Shown: positions 1-13,000 of the stretch, one piece after another | Layout of the letters: every line of letters begins with the position of its first letter | Numbering within the stretch: the first letter of the stretch is position 1 | NCBI GenBank assembly: GCA_047495785.1 | Contig: JBLDXI010000015.1 | Location: 4,216,001 to 4,280,000 of the forward strand | Source of the DNA: Lepidodermella squamata | Lineage: Eukaryota > Animalia > Gastrotricha | Reading direction: 5' to 3' | DNA length: 64,000 bases | Notes under the pieces: model-generated | Database searches by the model: none | What the model was told of the DNA's origin: nothing | What the model saw: only the letters and a program-made list of their open reading frames with translations | Program-made: the position numbers and the translations under genes

Positions 1-1073
1 CGTGGGCAACGTCAAAAGGGGCTTCTTGAACCACAAGCACCAAACTTGCGCGCCCAAACTTTTTTCGAAAATTTAAATTTGATAATTTTTGTTGCAATCG
101 GAACTTTGAACATAGTTGTAATTCATCTTCATAATTTAATCTTATGATAGTTGAAAACTCTTAATTTTATTCCCGCCATTCCGCGCTTTGCTACCTCTGC
201 TGCGCTTTGGTAGGTAGTTTTTTGAGACACCCAGCAGTAGGTCACGCCTATCGCCTATCGCCTACAGCATCCCGACGCCCAGAATGCTGTAGGCGGTGTG
301 GCTCTGTGGCTCTATGGGCACGTCATTTTCGGATTTGGCATGAGCGGTGCATTAATTCACCGTGAGTTCTCCCTAATTACATCAAAATTTGAGACTTTCT
401 AGGTCTCGATAACTTGCTCTGCCGAAGACAGCGATCGTCTGCTGTTTTAACCGTTTTGAATTCGCATTGCTTTTCTAAGAGCATCCTAAATCCTTGTCAA
501 ACACATGATCAACTCCGCATAATTCGCTTGTATGATTTGCTCCTATAAATTAGATTAAAATATCCTCTTTCTGGGCGCATGTTAGTAGCTAGTCTCTTTG
601 CGTCCCATGCTGTTATAATATAGTCTCCTCTGAAATGATATGCTTACCGATTTATTACTAGCTTGTCAATAATTAATTCAACTGGGTTAACAGCAATAAA
701 ACACATTGTATTGTATTGTATTGTATAAGAGATGATTCGCGAATGAAGCTGCCAAAATGTCGAATTTAGTGCCGAACCTGTCGTTAATATTCAACGCTGT
801 GGCCTGATGCTCTTAGAACTAAGTTGTATTCGTAGCCTCCAGCCTCTAGCCTGGAATTCAACATAATGCACAGGTATAACAACCCCCTCGACCTATAAAC
901 ATATACAGTACTTATTGCAACTTCAGTATTTGTTCCGGAATGTTATAGGAACTTATGTGGTATTCTTGCTCCGTGCGCCATCGTGAGCTGCAATTTTTCT
1001 GTAATCTGTTGTAGATCATTAAAGTAAAAGGCTAACAGTGTTATGGCAGCGCCGTGAATATAGAACATTGTCA

Positions 1074-4000
1074 ATGTTTTCGATTGAAAGGCGCGACGTC
1101 ACGTTTACGGAGATTCTTTTTCAGCTATGTGAGAATCGAAATCATTCATCGCTGGTTGCTTTGTTGGAGCAAACCCAAGGTGAAAATGGGAGCAACGAAG
1201 ACATCGTGAATTTAAGAGATCCATCAGGCCAAACACCACTTTACGCCGCTGTTGCGAGCGGAGCCCTGAACTGTGTCCGTGTTTTGCTGGAGCATGGGGC
1301 CGACCCAAATTACGCATGTTCAGCGGCTTATTTTTGTCGAACGCCTTTGCACTTCTGCGCCGCAGAGGGAAGCGCCGTGGAAATTGTTGAGCTATTGCTT
1401 AACCACGGCGCCGAGCCTCTTCTGCAAGACCTTCACGGAGACACGTGCCTAACGTTGGCTAATCGTTATGGCCATTTAGACATGCATAGCCTGATGTCGA
1501 CGTGCTCTGAGCAGCGAGATCAGATGTTTGAACTCATTGTTAATCGTGAGTTTTCTAGATATTGTAGTCAACGGATACTTGATAACTACTTTTTTATTAG
1601 AATTCGAGTCGCTTCTCTTGAATGGTGACATTGACGCGGCAAAGAATTGTTTATTATCGGTGCGCAACAGGAGGCAAACTTTTCTGAAACATCTATCGCG
1701 TCGTTCGCAAGCAATTGTTATCCAGTAAGTACTCTCAATACTAAAGAAATTTGACGACATCTCCGTTTTTCTTATAGGTGCATCGAGCGTAATCTCGCCG
1801 ATTCTGTTCGATTACTGGCCGACAGTGGCATCGACTGCATGTCAATAATCATTGAGCCTAATGGAGATAATGTGCTGCATTGCGCTGCTAAATTCGGTGC
1901 TGATAAAGTTGCCGTTGTAATACTTGAGCGATGGCCGTCTTTGTTCTGCCGAACCTCTGCTCTTGGTCGATTGCCGCTTCACGATGCTTGTGAACGTGGC
2001 CGTGCTAGCGTAGTTCGGTTGTTTCTTACTTATCAAAACTACCCTCGTTCCATCGTGGTGACTCAACAAAGTCCTTATGGCTGCTATGAATTTCCGATAG
2101 ATCTCAATCATGTCGACGCCGATAGTCGCACGGCATTGCTAGATGCCTGCTCTTCCGGCAGCGTCGATACGGTGAAAGCTCTACTTGATGCGAAATTTAC
2201 ATCAGTCGGCTCTGGTTTCGGCAACTTTCAGATCCCTATCATCCATTCGCCTTCTGTGAACGAAACACCTGTTGGGAGTTTATCAAATTACGTATCGAGT
2301 TTATTCAAACGGATGCGAGTTCCATCAACGAATGGCAGCAGTACTGGCATTCCATTTTCTCACAGTTTCCAACTTGGCGTTGGAGGAGCCTTGGCTACTC
2401 CGAACAGCTCGAGTCGTCCTGTCAGGTCTGGATCGACCATTTCTTTGGAAGACCGGTCGATGCAAGGGGCATTCAGCGATTTTGAAATCGTCTCCCCTCA
2501 GCCTAAGCCAACGAGTCCAGGAGGCGTGTTCAATCCGATCGATTTGAACGTGTTTTCCTACGATCGCGTAACCCCGTTATTGGCAGCTATTCGAATTCAG
2601 AATCGTCAAATCGCTGCATTGTTGTTACAATCAGGCGCTGATCCGGAATTACCTGCTCAATGGCGGGGTTATACTGTGACACCGCTACACGCCGCGGTCG
2701 AACTTCGAGACGGCGAATTGGTTGACTTACTCCTTCAATCGGGCGCTATTGATAACGATTGCGCCGCTTTGGAAAGCGCGCTTAGATCCGCCCCTCATTT
2801 AGTTCCGGTTTTTCTCCGTCGGTGGAGTGAAGTTGATCGGGAAGTTCAGATTAACGTGGACTCAGTCGCTGAATTGGCCGAGCTGAGTCGCTGCAAAACT
2901 GAAAGTGTCGTTCCTGTCGCTATCAACTGGAGGGCGAAACCTCAACTTCGGGATTTGCCTCAAGCCTGGCTTGTAGGCTGTGCAATCTTTCACAATCCAG
3001 CGTTATTACTCGACGATTTTGTCGCCTGCTCCGTTATTACTCGACTCGATATTAGTGCAAATGCTCTTCGATCATTGCCTAGTTATTTATTCCATATGCA
3101 AAGTTTACAAACTTTGAATGCCGCGTCTAATCAAATTGAGGAAATTACGTCCGGAGGAATTCAGCGGACTTTTCTATCGTCCTCGCTTCGGGAAATCGAC
3201 TTATCATTCAACAGATTACAAACTATTCCTGCTTTTATTTTTTGGCTCAAACGCCTTAATAAGTTATACGCCGATAACAATATGATAATGTCCCTACCAT
3301 CAGATCTATGGGAAAATACTTCTTTAGCAGAGTTGAAGTTGGCGAATAACCGCCTGGAAGGAGTTCCAGTTAAACGACTCGGTCGAGCTGCTATTGCGAA
3401 AATGACAATTGAGGTGCAATCGAATCGCTCATCTGAGTCGCCATCAAACAGTCGGGGGCAGCAAAAAACGCATCGAAGCACACCGTCAGATGCCGGAAAA
3501 GAGCATTCAGAACTTCAACAACACGATTTGTGGTCACTTGAGCTGTCATCCGACGTCGGGGTTATAGCCGATGATAATATCGGGGGAATTCCGAACAATG
3601 CCGGTGACGCGAATGCTCAGCCGAATTGCTGTGCCATTCGATTCTTAGATTTGTCGAATAACCATCTAACGATTGTCCCATCTAGTTTGGTTTGCTTAGC
3701 GCCATTGTTGCGGACTTTGAACCTGTCGCAGAATCACATAACATCCATATCGCGTTGGCCGGCTGATTTCCCGCCATCGCTGCATACTTTGGATTTATCA
3801 AATAACAAGATCAGCGCCTTTTCCGGAAATATGAATGACGATTCATTGCAGCGAAAACCGTCGAGTGATGTGATTCTGCCGTGCTCGAACCCGGTTCAGG
3901 TTACAGTCGAACCCGATGAGAGGGCTCGAAGTGTCACTAGACCTGACTCTCGCCGCGTCAGAAGCCGGTCTTGTGATCGCAGAAAGGGATCAGAAGGCGA

Positions 4001-7000
4001 GCGAAGATTCGCCGCCAGTTGTTTACATCGTCAACACACGTCTCTGATCAGACTTCGAACATTAAATTTAGCGAATAATGGCATGACAAGTTTCGTGTTT
4101 GAATCATCCACCGCGCCTGGAATCACCCAGCTTGATTTGAGTTCGAATAAATTTACAGCGTTGCCACAATCGCTGACTCAGCTGCAAAATTTGTCGGTTT
4201 TGAACGTGTCAAACACTCTGATAACAACACTTCCACCTGAACTGTCCCGCCTGAACCGGCTGTGGAGTCTTGAAATATCCAACTGCCCGTTATCAGGCGA
4301 ACTGGGCGCATTAGCTCGAGGCAAAGTAAGAACTGCTGACATCATCTACCACTTGCGGGCATCATTGGACAGGGCCCGTCTTCGGCCTATAACTCGGCTA
4401 TTGGTGTGTGGCTTTCCAGGTTCTGGGAAGTCGAGTTTGATCGACGTGTTGAAACGAGCTGCGAGCACTACAACGCCCCCGCCAGGGCATCAGAATAACT
4501 CGGATTTGTCTCAGGTAAAATTGATTTTCAATTTATCGTTATATAATTCCAATTTCGAGGCGTTCTCAGTATAAAGCTGAAAGTTCGCTAACTTAATCTT
4601 TGCAGCTGTACATTTTTTAGCTGTCAGAAATAATTTTTTTTGAAGATTTCGAGCTCCTGAAATTGATACCGCATTTGTTCCAATAGCAGCCCGGGCTTCT
4701 AAAATTTCAACCTCAAAATTTTGAAAAATTCGAAAATCAATTTTCGGCGAATCGCTCATTTTTTATGTTTTCGAACCGACTTGACCCATCAACCCTGGGC
4801 TACTAGTGGAACACATACGGTATTAAAAATAGAAAACAGCAATGATGTTTTTTGGCTGGGTTTAATCAAGCGAACAAATGTTGATTTTATCGAGTTTGCT
4901 CGTGGTGTAAACATGATCATCTGAATTCATGGCCATCGCTTGTGCGTCAATGCCTGTTATATGAAGCCACAATTGAAAATGGCTGTAATTTTACCGTGTT
5001 GATAGTGTCAAATTGAGTTTGTGAAGTTGTAATTGAAAATTTAATACGCGCTAGCGAATGTTCAAAACTCGATAAAAAAATCTATACCTGATACATCGTT
5101 CAGCTGTGGCTAAGAGAATAATAATGGCTACTCAATATGGTGTAAAATTTATGAGCCAAAGGCCAGTTTTATGCGCAATTCCTATTTTTCAGCTGCTCAA
5201 CTGCATGTTTTTTGTTGCAAACAGACGAACGTGATAAGAATGCGAAGTTACATCACGTCGAGCGCGTGTTTTTATTTCACATTTGTCTCAAACAATTTTT
5301 TCAAGTTTTTTGAATGAAGATGAATGATGATAACGACAATAACAGTATTTATATAACCACGAGAAATTAGGTCTCTACTTTACAGACTGAAAGCATGGCA
5401 CATTTGAAAAGGTAAATATATTATAGCGATAGAAATCCAGTTTGAGATTCGTACTCACGTAAATTTTGGTTTATATTAATGCGAAATAGTGGTACAAAGT
5501 TGTATAGTTCGCCGCCGCTATAATAAGAAGATTATGACTCGAAAAACACATGACGCGGCGCATTATGAAGAGTGGCCAAATCAGCGAAATGTCCCTCGCG
5601 CTGTTGTTGAAATGATACGAAATGAGTGAAGCAAACAATAAAGTAAAAATAGCTAAAAATTTAGCGTTAATTGTCGATATATCACCAAAGCCGCGACGAT
5701 TAAAATCGTCGTACCAATGGCGATGGCAAGTGTTGAGAGCAGCAGACTTGCGGCGTGAGTGATTCTTTGCCGTTTCGATTCTGAGTTATTTTGGCACGCG
5801 AGGACTAAACTGGGGATGGCGAGCGGCAGGCAGCCGAAAACTAGCGATATCAGCGCGTAGCCTATGGCGAATCGCCGTTCGCTTTTCGTGATTTCAGGCC
5901 GGAGGACAGCTCCGTTCTGGAAAACGAAGGGCACGTTGCGTTGTAAATACGCGGCATAATCATCGCGAAAGTTGAGAAATTGCAAGTTCGACGTTGATTG
6001 AACGCTATTCCTCGAGGCCGATTGCTCGCCGCTGCGACTCTTCTTCAAACTAGCCAGCGAGTGGTAGATGACGTTATTCGTTAAGGTAGCACCTTTCTCC
6101 GCAGGTGGCGGCCGATTGTTGTTCAGGTTGAACGTGACTGAATAAATATTTTCGTTTTGCGATATCCGAGGTTGCGGCTGCACTATTTGCGGTAGCGCAT
6201 TTTTTGACGCGTTTTCGATATTCATGACAGGGAAGTGAAACGGGTTGGTGATGAATGCGCTAGGTATGTTCAACACCTCCGTGCTACCTGCTATTACGGC
6301 CGTTTCATCATCGCGCTCGGCCATAGGTAGGTAATAAAAAACACGGCACTCGATTCACCTAGAGGTAAGATAATAAGATGTTGCGATAAGTGCTTAGTGA
6401 AAAATGATTAAAAACAGCCGTTAATGCAGAGGTTTTTTGATTAAAATTTCATGTAAACACGGACGGTTGCTGGTCAAAAATAAATCCTCGAGTTGATAAA
6501 TTGAAGCGGTAGAAGAGCGGGTGACTTAGTGTGTATGTGTTTTATAAAAAGGAAAAGCACCCGAAATTATTAATATAAAAATGAAAACATAATTTGAAAT
6601 GGCGCTGGGCGACTTAATTCTACTACCTGTGCTGCAGCGTGTATTATTTTTCACTTGAGAATAAACGAGCGCGTTGAAAGGAGATTCGGGCAACCGACCG
6701 GACGACGCGCTAACAGCATAAATAAATAGCGCGCGGCCCTATTATAGCGCTACCTTAAAATATCGCGCGCGCGCGAGCGACAGAACGTGTTTGCGTCGTT
6801 CTTCGTCGAAAAATCGATGCACACGCGCGTAGACAAACAACTGGCGATGATGATGATGTTGATGGACAGCGATGCCAGTTTGGCCGGTTAATATAAGCAT
6901 ATTGTTATTACACGAGCCTTAAAGTCGCAAAATATAGAGACGTTGCGTTGGGGACGACGAACAGCGGAACTTCATTTGCTTTTTAATATAACAAGTGTTT

Positions 7001-10000
7001 GTTTCGACCCTCAGGTAAAAATTTGCGCCCGTCGTTGTCGCACTTGAGATCCCGCAAATAGCAATTACGACCGAGTGTTGACTCGGTTGTCGATAGGCCC
7101 TATCCGATATAAATTCATCGCTTTAATATTTTTTGTTTTCCTCTTTGCAGCCGTTAATCGATTGGGGCCAGCTCGCGGTGGAATTTCGCCCTGAGGGTCC
7201 TCTCACCTTCCGCCTCGGTGAACTGTCCGGCAAGCCTGACTTTCGATATATCGGCGCCAATTTCCTTACTCAACGATGTGTTGTTCTGATCACTTTTCGC
7301 TTGACCGACTACCCTACGTCGCAAATAGTCGACGCGCTGGCCAGCTTCGTACGCGATATCAACCTACTCATCCCATCAGCGCCGGTTCTTATCGTCGGAA
7401 CGTTCGCCGACGTGCTCGCCGAGAGCGTTCTCGAGAATGGCTCAGCTGATATGATGCCAATTTGGCGGCGAAAACTGGCAACTGCCTTTCAAAACGGCGA
7501 CCCGACTTCGATGTTGAACTCATCAACTAGTTTCAATTCGAGCGATATGCTATTTGACGTGTCCCTAAATAGCGCTGAGGCTAGTGATTCTGAGGTCATA
7601 TTACCTGGAAATTGTAAATTGATGGTAGTTTCGACGACGAAAAATCGGAAAAAGAACGGCAACCATTTGCTGCGGGAAGTTCATAGGCTAGCTTTCGAGT
7701 GGCGGGGTGGGTTGAATTCGCAACGAAACGCGACGCCTGGCCAGGGCAGCTACCAAACACCACCCACCTTAAAGCAAACAGTGCCGGCGATTTTCGCCGA
7801 TACTGAAAATGCGGTGAATAAATTGGCGCAAAGTTTACTGAACGCCAGATTGCCGCCACTCTTAGCCGGCGCGTTCTTCCAAGAGGCGGTGAAACAACAA
7901 CTGACTGAAATGAATTTGAAAACGTATCGAGATTTAGACGAACTCAATCAATGCGTGCGTTTCTTGCATGAAATCGGCATAGTCGTGCATTTCGACGAGC
8001 CGTCCGTTGCTGATTTGTACTTTCTAAACGTTCAGTGGTTGTCGAGATTACTCGCTGATGTAATAGCTAAAGCTGTGAGTGACCCGGCGTCGCCACGCCG
8101 CGGCCTTTTGGCCTTCGATGATGTGGTTCAGGTGCTAAATAAGCATGAACCAACCGGGGTTTTGACTCAGAATAAGTTCATATCACTACTGGCCCGCTTC
8201 GACGCTGCTTTTTCATGGGACGGTGGTTCCCATTTGATAGTACCAGGCTTTCTTCCAACCGTTGAAGACATCGATGGCCTTGTGCTACCGCTGAAACCTG
8301 TCCCGCAAGCACACCGGCCTTCGATCCGGCAGTCTTTATTAGAACCCGAAGTTGAAAGTAATAAGCAGTCGGATGAGTTAAATAATTCACTAGCGAACGA
8401 TTCAGACGCGTTTGCTTTCGATTTGAATCGGTTTTACCTCATCAATCACATTCCGTTGAATTTCTGGCCTCGTTTAGCCGTCCGTCTTCTGCCTTGTGAA
8501 TTATTAACCGAAATTCTGTCATGTGCCGACGAAAAATCGGGTCACACCCCCGCGCCCGTTGTCAAGCTATGGGACACCCGTATCGAGTTGTTCACGTCAG
8601 AATCCGCCAACAGCCCTATCATGATTGTCGAGCAAATCGATCGGCTGCATTTGAGACCTGGCAACCCGAAATGGAGTTTGTCCCTGAATGGGCAAATGTT
8701 GTGGACAGTTTCGAGTTCAGTTTCGCTGATATCGATCCGGGTACCCTACTTGGCCAAGTCTAACCTCGGGGTTCGGCTGATGAGTCTGATCACCGAATTT
8801 ATCGATCAATTGCTGGAAGATTGGTACCCGGCTATCGGCAGTAGATTCGCTCAGGATACGCTAGGATCTTACCTGGTCTACCGCCTCGTACCCTGCTCGC
8901 ATTGTTTTGCCGGCGACGATCTAGCTCTGGTGCCGTGTTTTCTGCTCGAGGAGTGCATGGCTGCGTCTTGCCCATTGAGCCAACCCGCATCGACCCCGAC
9001 AAATACCGAACCTCCATCAACAGCCGGGTCTTTGTTATGTCCGAAGGGTCACACCCTCGACATATCTTCAGCAGCTCCTGACCTAGTTTTCGCAGACATT
9101 CCGAAATCTCAACTCGTCGACTGCGCTCAATTCTTGGAGAAGGCCTCCTTACTAGGCTGCGGAGCTTTAGGCCCTGTTATCTCGGTATCCCTCGCGAAAT
9201 TGCAGCTACATGCTCGAAAATCAGCCCTGTCTAACGCTCACTCAACAGCCGCCGGTCAGGACATGTCGTTTTTCTTGCCGCGATCCGGTTCGTTCAACTA
9301 CCACCATCCGTCGAAAAGCGTCGCAATCAAGTTCTTCAACCCAGTCGATATCGATTTGACATCAGTTAGCGGCCCGGTCACGACCGCCCAAGGTTTGGGT
9401 GATCAGTACCGCCGCCTTAACGATCAGTTGCGGCGGCGTTTTAAGGCGGATCCTGTTCGATTGGCCTGTGAAGCTTATACCAGCGCGAGGCAGGAGCTAT
9501 CGGTAATGCTTTGCCTTAGGCACGCTCATATCGTCGGTTTGGTCGGCGTTTCACTGAAACCCCTCGGCCTGCTTCTTCAGCTAGCCCCATTAGGGTGTCT
9601 ACTCGATTGGCTGCAGTCGTATCGTAGAGTTGGCCAGCAATTGACGTCGAATACAGTGGTTCAGGTGATAGCTCAGCTGGCTGATGCGGTCGCGTATTTG
9701 CATCGAATGGGCGTGATCTATCGTGATTTGAAGTCTTCCAACATTCTGGTGTGGCGTTTCCCGCGACCAACTGCTGTTTCCAACGCTCCGAATGCTTTCA
9801 GTGACGTGCCCTCGCCCGCTGAATCGATGTCGAGTGTTCAAATTCGTCTATCAGACTTCTCGATAGCGAGATGGTCGGGCGGGTTCGGTTGCCGGGGCCA
9901 GGCGGGAACGCCCGGGTTCATGGCGCCTGAGGTCATTCAATACAACGGGGAGGAGACTTACACGGAAAAAATTGATTGCTTCTCGTTTGGAATGGTGGTT

Positions 10001-13000
10001 TATGAGCTGTTAACGCTACGATTGCCATTCGAAGACCGGCCGAGTGTTAATGCGAGACATGCCGTTCTCGCCGGGTTGCGGCCACCCCCTACCCTAGCTA
10101 TGTTCACGTACGGCCAGATTTTTACTGACCTAATCGCGGCTTGCTGGCGCAAAGACCCGGCTGGTCGGCCGTCGGCTCAAGATATCTTGCGACTAGCAAA
10201 CTGGCCTGGTATGACGCGAGTTGTTTCGATTTCGTCGATAAATGGCATTCCTGAGCTGTTGTACACTGCGCCTATTCCGCAACAGGCCGGGACCCGTGGT
10301 GCTGTTCTTGCGAGGTATAACGTGGCTGAAAATCGAACGCACATCGATTCGATCGGCTTCGACGGTGATGAGTGCTTTCAGCTGCAGCATTTGGCTGAGC
10401 ATCCACCTCGGGAGAATGCTCCGCGCAAGAATTCGAGAAATTCAAGTCAAACTGAGTCGCAGCAACAAGTGATTATGGTCACGTGTCTCACCATGTCTGC
10501 ACAGCTTCTATTCACTGCTGATATTGCTGGGCTGATTCATTGCTACCGGTAAGTGATAAAATTTAAATTCTTGGTGATCAAACTGAGTACCGAACCGAGG
10601 GATGTTTGTATCGAAACGTTGGCCATTGTAGGTAATTATAATCGACAAATTAGCGGCTTAATTTTTGCAATTTCGAGTCATTATTCTCAACATTTCGGGT
10701 AGATGTTATACCGTAGTGGCCATCGTCAAGCGATAAGCTACCAAACAATCAGCAAATAGATGGAGGCATCCTTCAAAGGTTTCCTTCAAAGTTTCACGTG
10801 CATGAACCCCTTAGGTTCTGAAAGGACGAAATTCTCGTAAATCGCACCAAGCGCGACAATGTTTCCGAAATTGATTATCACCAGGTCGGCGTCATCAGCA
10901 AAGGGCTTCGTTAGGATTCCAAGATGCCTGCAAACTTCTACCACCGTTCTATTATTCACAAGTAAAAGAAACTACTTCCGCGGTGTGCACAGTTTCTGAA
11001 AGTTCTTCAGGATCTTGTGTGTTTTTGTGTGAGGTTCTGCAAATTCGGCAACAACAAAACCCTCGATGAAAATGCGCTCTTGTTCATAGCGTGCAAAGGC
11101 ATAATTGCGACATTGCATTTTAACCATAAAATCCATTATGCCATCAAGAAGAGGAATGTCATCTGCTAGAAATGCAATCTCCACACATGAAGCCTTATTA
11201 GCAGGAAAACTGGATACTCGCTTGGCATTAGTTATTTTAGCACCGCAAGGCTGGAAAAGTACATCATTTTCATCAGCGGAAATTTGAAAGCTCGGAAATG
11301 CTGATTTTTCTGTTGTCTGCAGTAGCTTTATTTCATAACTGAACAGGTTGACATTAGTCAGTATTCTCATCACTTCGTTCACATCCCAAAGGAAGTAGTC
11401 GTCGCTGTCAGGATTGTTGGTTGCGTAAACGCGACCGGTGTCGTCTCCAAAGAAGCAAAACCCCTCTCCGCTGGCTTGATTGACAGCGAAGCCGCCGATA
11501 ATGTCAATCTTACGACCAAAAGCCCACGGAAAGTCCTTTACAAGAAATCCTTTTTTGGCGAAGAAAGATGACGCGGCTTTGACCGGATTTCCCGACGTGA
11601 TCTTGTGAACGTGAAGATGTGATCTTCCGCGATTTCGACAGTCTCGTTCTCCAAGAGAAGTGTCGCCCCCTCGAACGTTCTGGCAAACTTGGCCCATTCA
11701 AGGCCCTACATTCGGCAGGCTGTATAAATGACAAAAAATGACAACGAGTTGAAGCCCTTATCCTTCAGTGTATCTTACTCACCAACGCGACAACCCGATG
11801 CTTTATCGACGATTTCGCATGTGGTCATGAGTGTAAGACGGCCGTCCTGGGTGACTGCATTTTTCGTAAGGGAAACGGCCTGTAATTCGCCAATGACATT
11901 CACGCCCTTCTTACTGCCGGTCGCGAACAGCTGACTGATGCCTTCAAGGATAGGCCTATGCTTAGGCAGGAAGTACGTCATTACAGCCGTCATCGGAATG
12001 TCCTTAATCACCAGCTCAGGGTCATCCTTAGCTAGGCGAAGAATTTTGAACGGGTATTGGGTCACGGACGCCTAGGACGCCCTTGTTGGCAGTGGGCCGC
12101 TGTTCCGAGCTGAAAGTCCAGATTGATGGGAAATAAGCAGACTCGACCCTTTCAAGGTTGGTCGAGTATAAGATCGCCGGGAAGCGCGCCCCTGGCAATG
12201 ACGGAGTTGTTACCAAGTTTCAGCTATTTGAATTCCAGAACAAAAAAAGCATACCTAAAATAATTATTAAGGAATAATGCAGAAAAGAGTTGTTTCGGAG
12301 TCTCTGTACCCAGCTGACAAAAATCGCCTTGATTTCGAAATTTCGATCAGAAAATAGGATTCTGAGATATCAGGAAATCAAATAATATATTTCCGTTTTT
12401 TTTTTTACTTTAGGATAGCAAGTGGTGAGTATCTTGGCTGTGTGCCGGCTGGGCGAACCGGTTGTCACGCTATTTCCTTATATTGCTGCAACGAAAGTAG
12501 CCAGCCAAACAATACGAACACCTTGGACACGCCTCGAATCGCAGCTCCTTCAGACGCGGCAACGGCGAGCCACGATACCCTGCTGGCGTTGTATAGCAAC
12601 AGTTTGCTTGTGGTTTTAAGCGCTTCAGCCAATGCTAACCCTGTTCTGGCGCCGATCAGGCGCTTCGAATTGGACCCTGGCAAAGGCACAGTGTGCTGCA
12701 TGGCCGTCATCCGGAGAATGGGCCACGCGATGCCAACAATCAAAGCCCCACCCGCCCCGGGGATGAAACCATCACCATCGAAGCGAGAAAATGGTCTTTC
12801 GTCGAAAATCAGCATTTTCGAAAAAAAGTTTGTTCGAAGCTTTGATAATTAAAATGAATTGAATATACTTTAATAATGTACTAACTTCAATTCAGCAAAG
12901 CTCTGAAAGAATTCGTGGATGATATCAAGTTAATAGCTAGCTAAATCTTTGCTTGTTTTTAAATGGTGACGGGAAGTGCTAGATGATTCCGTCGTGCGTG

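Noticed and set aside
4545-4810. Possible Helitron or MITE remnant ending in CTAGT in LRRK intron 3
   Set aside because: The hairpin is weak, and no 5' end, TIR or TSD could be defined.
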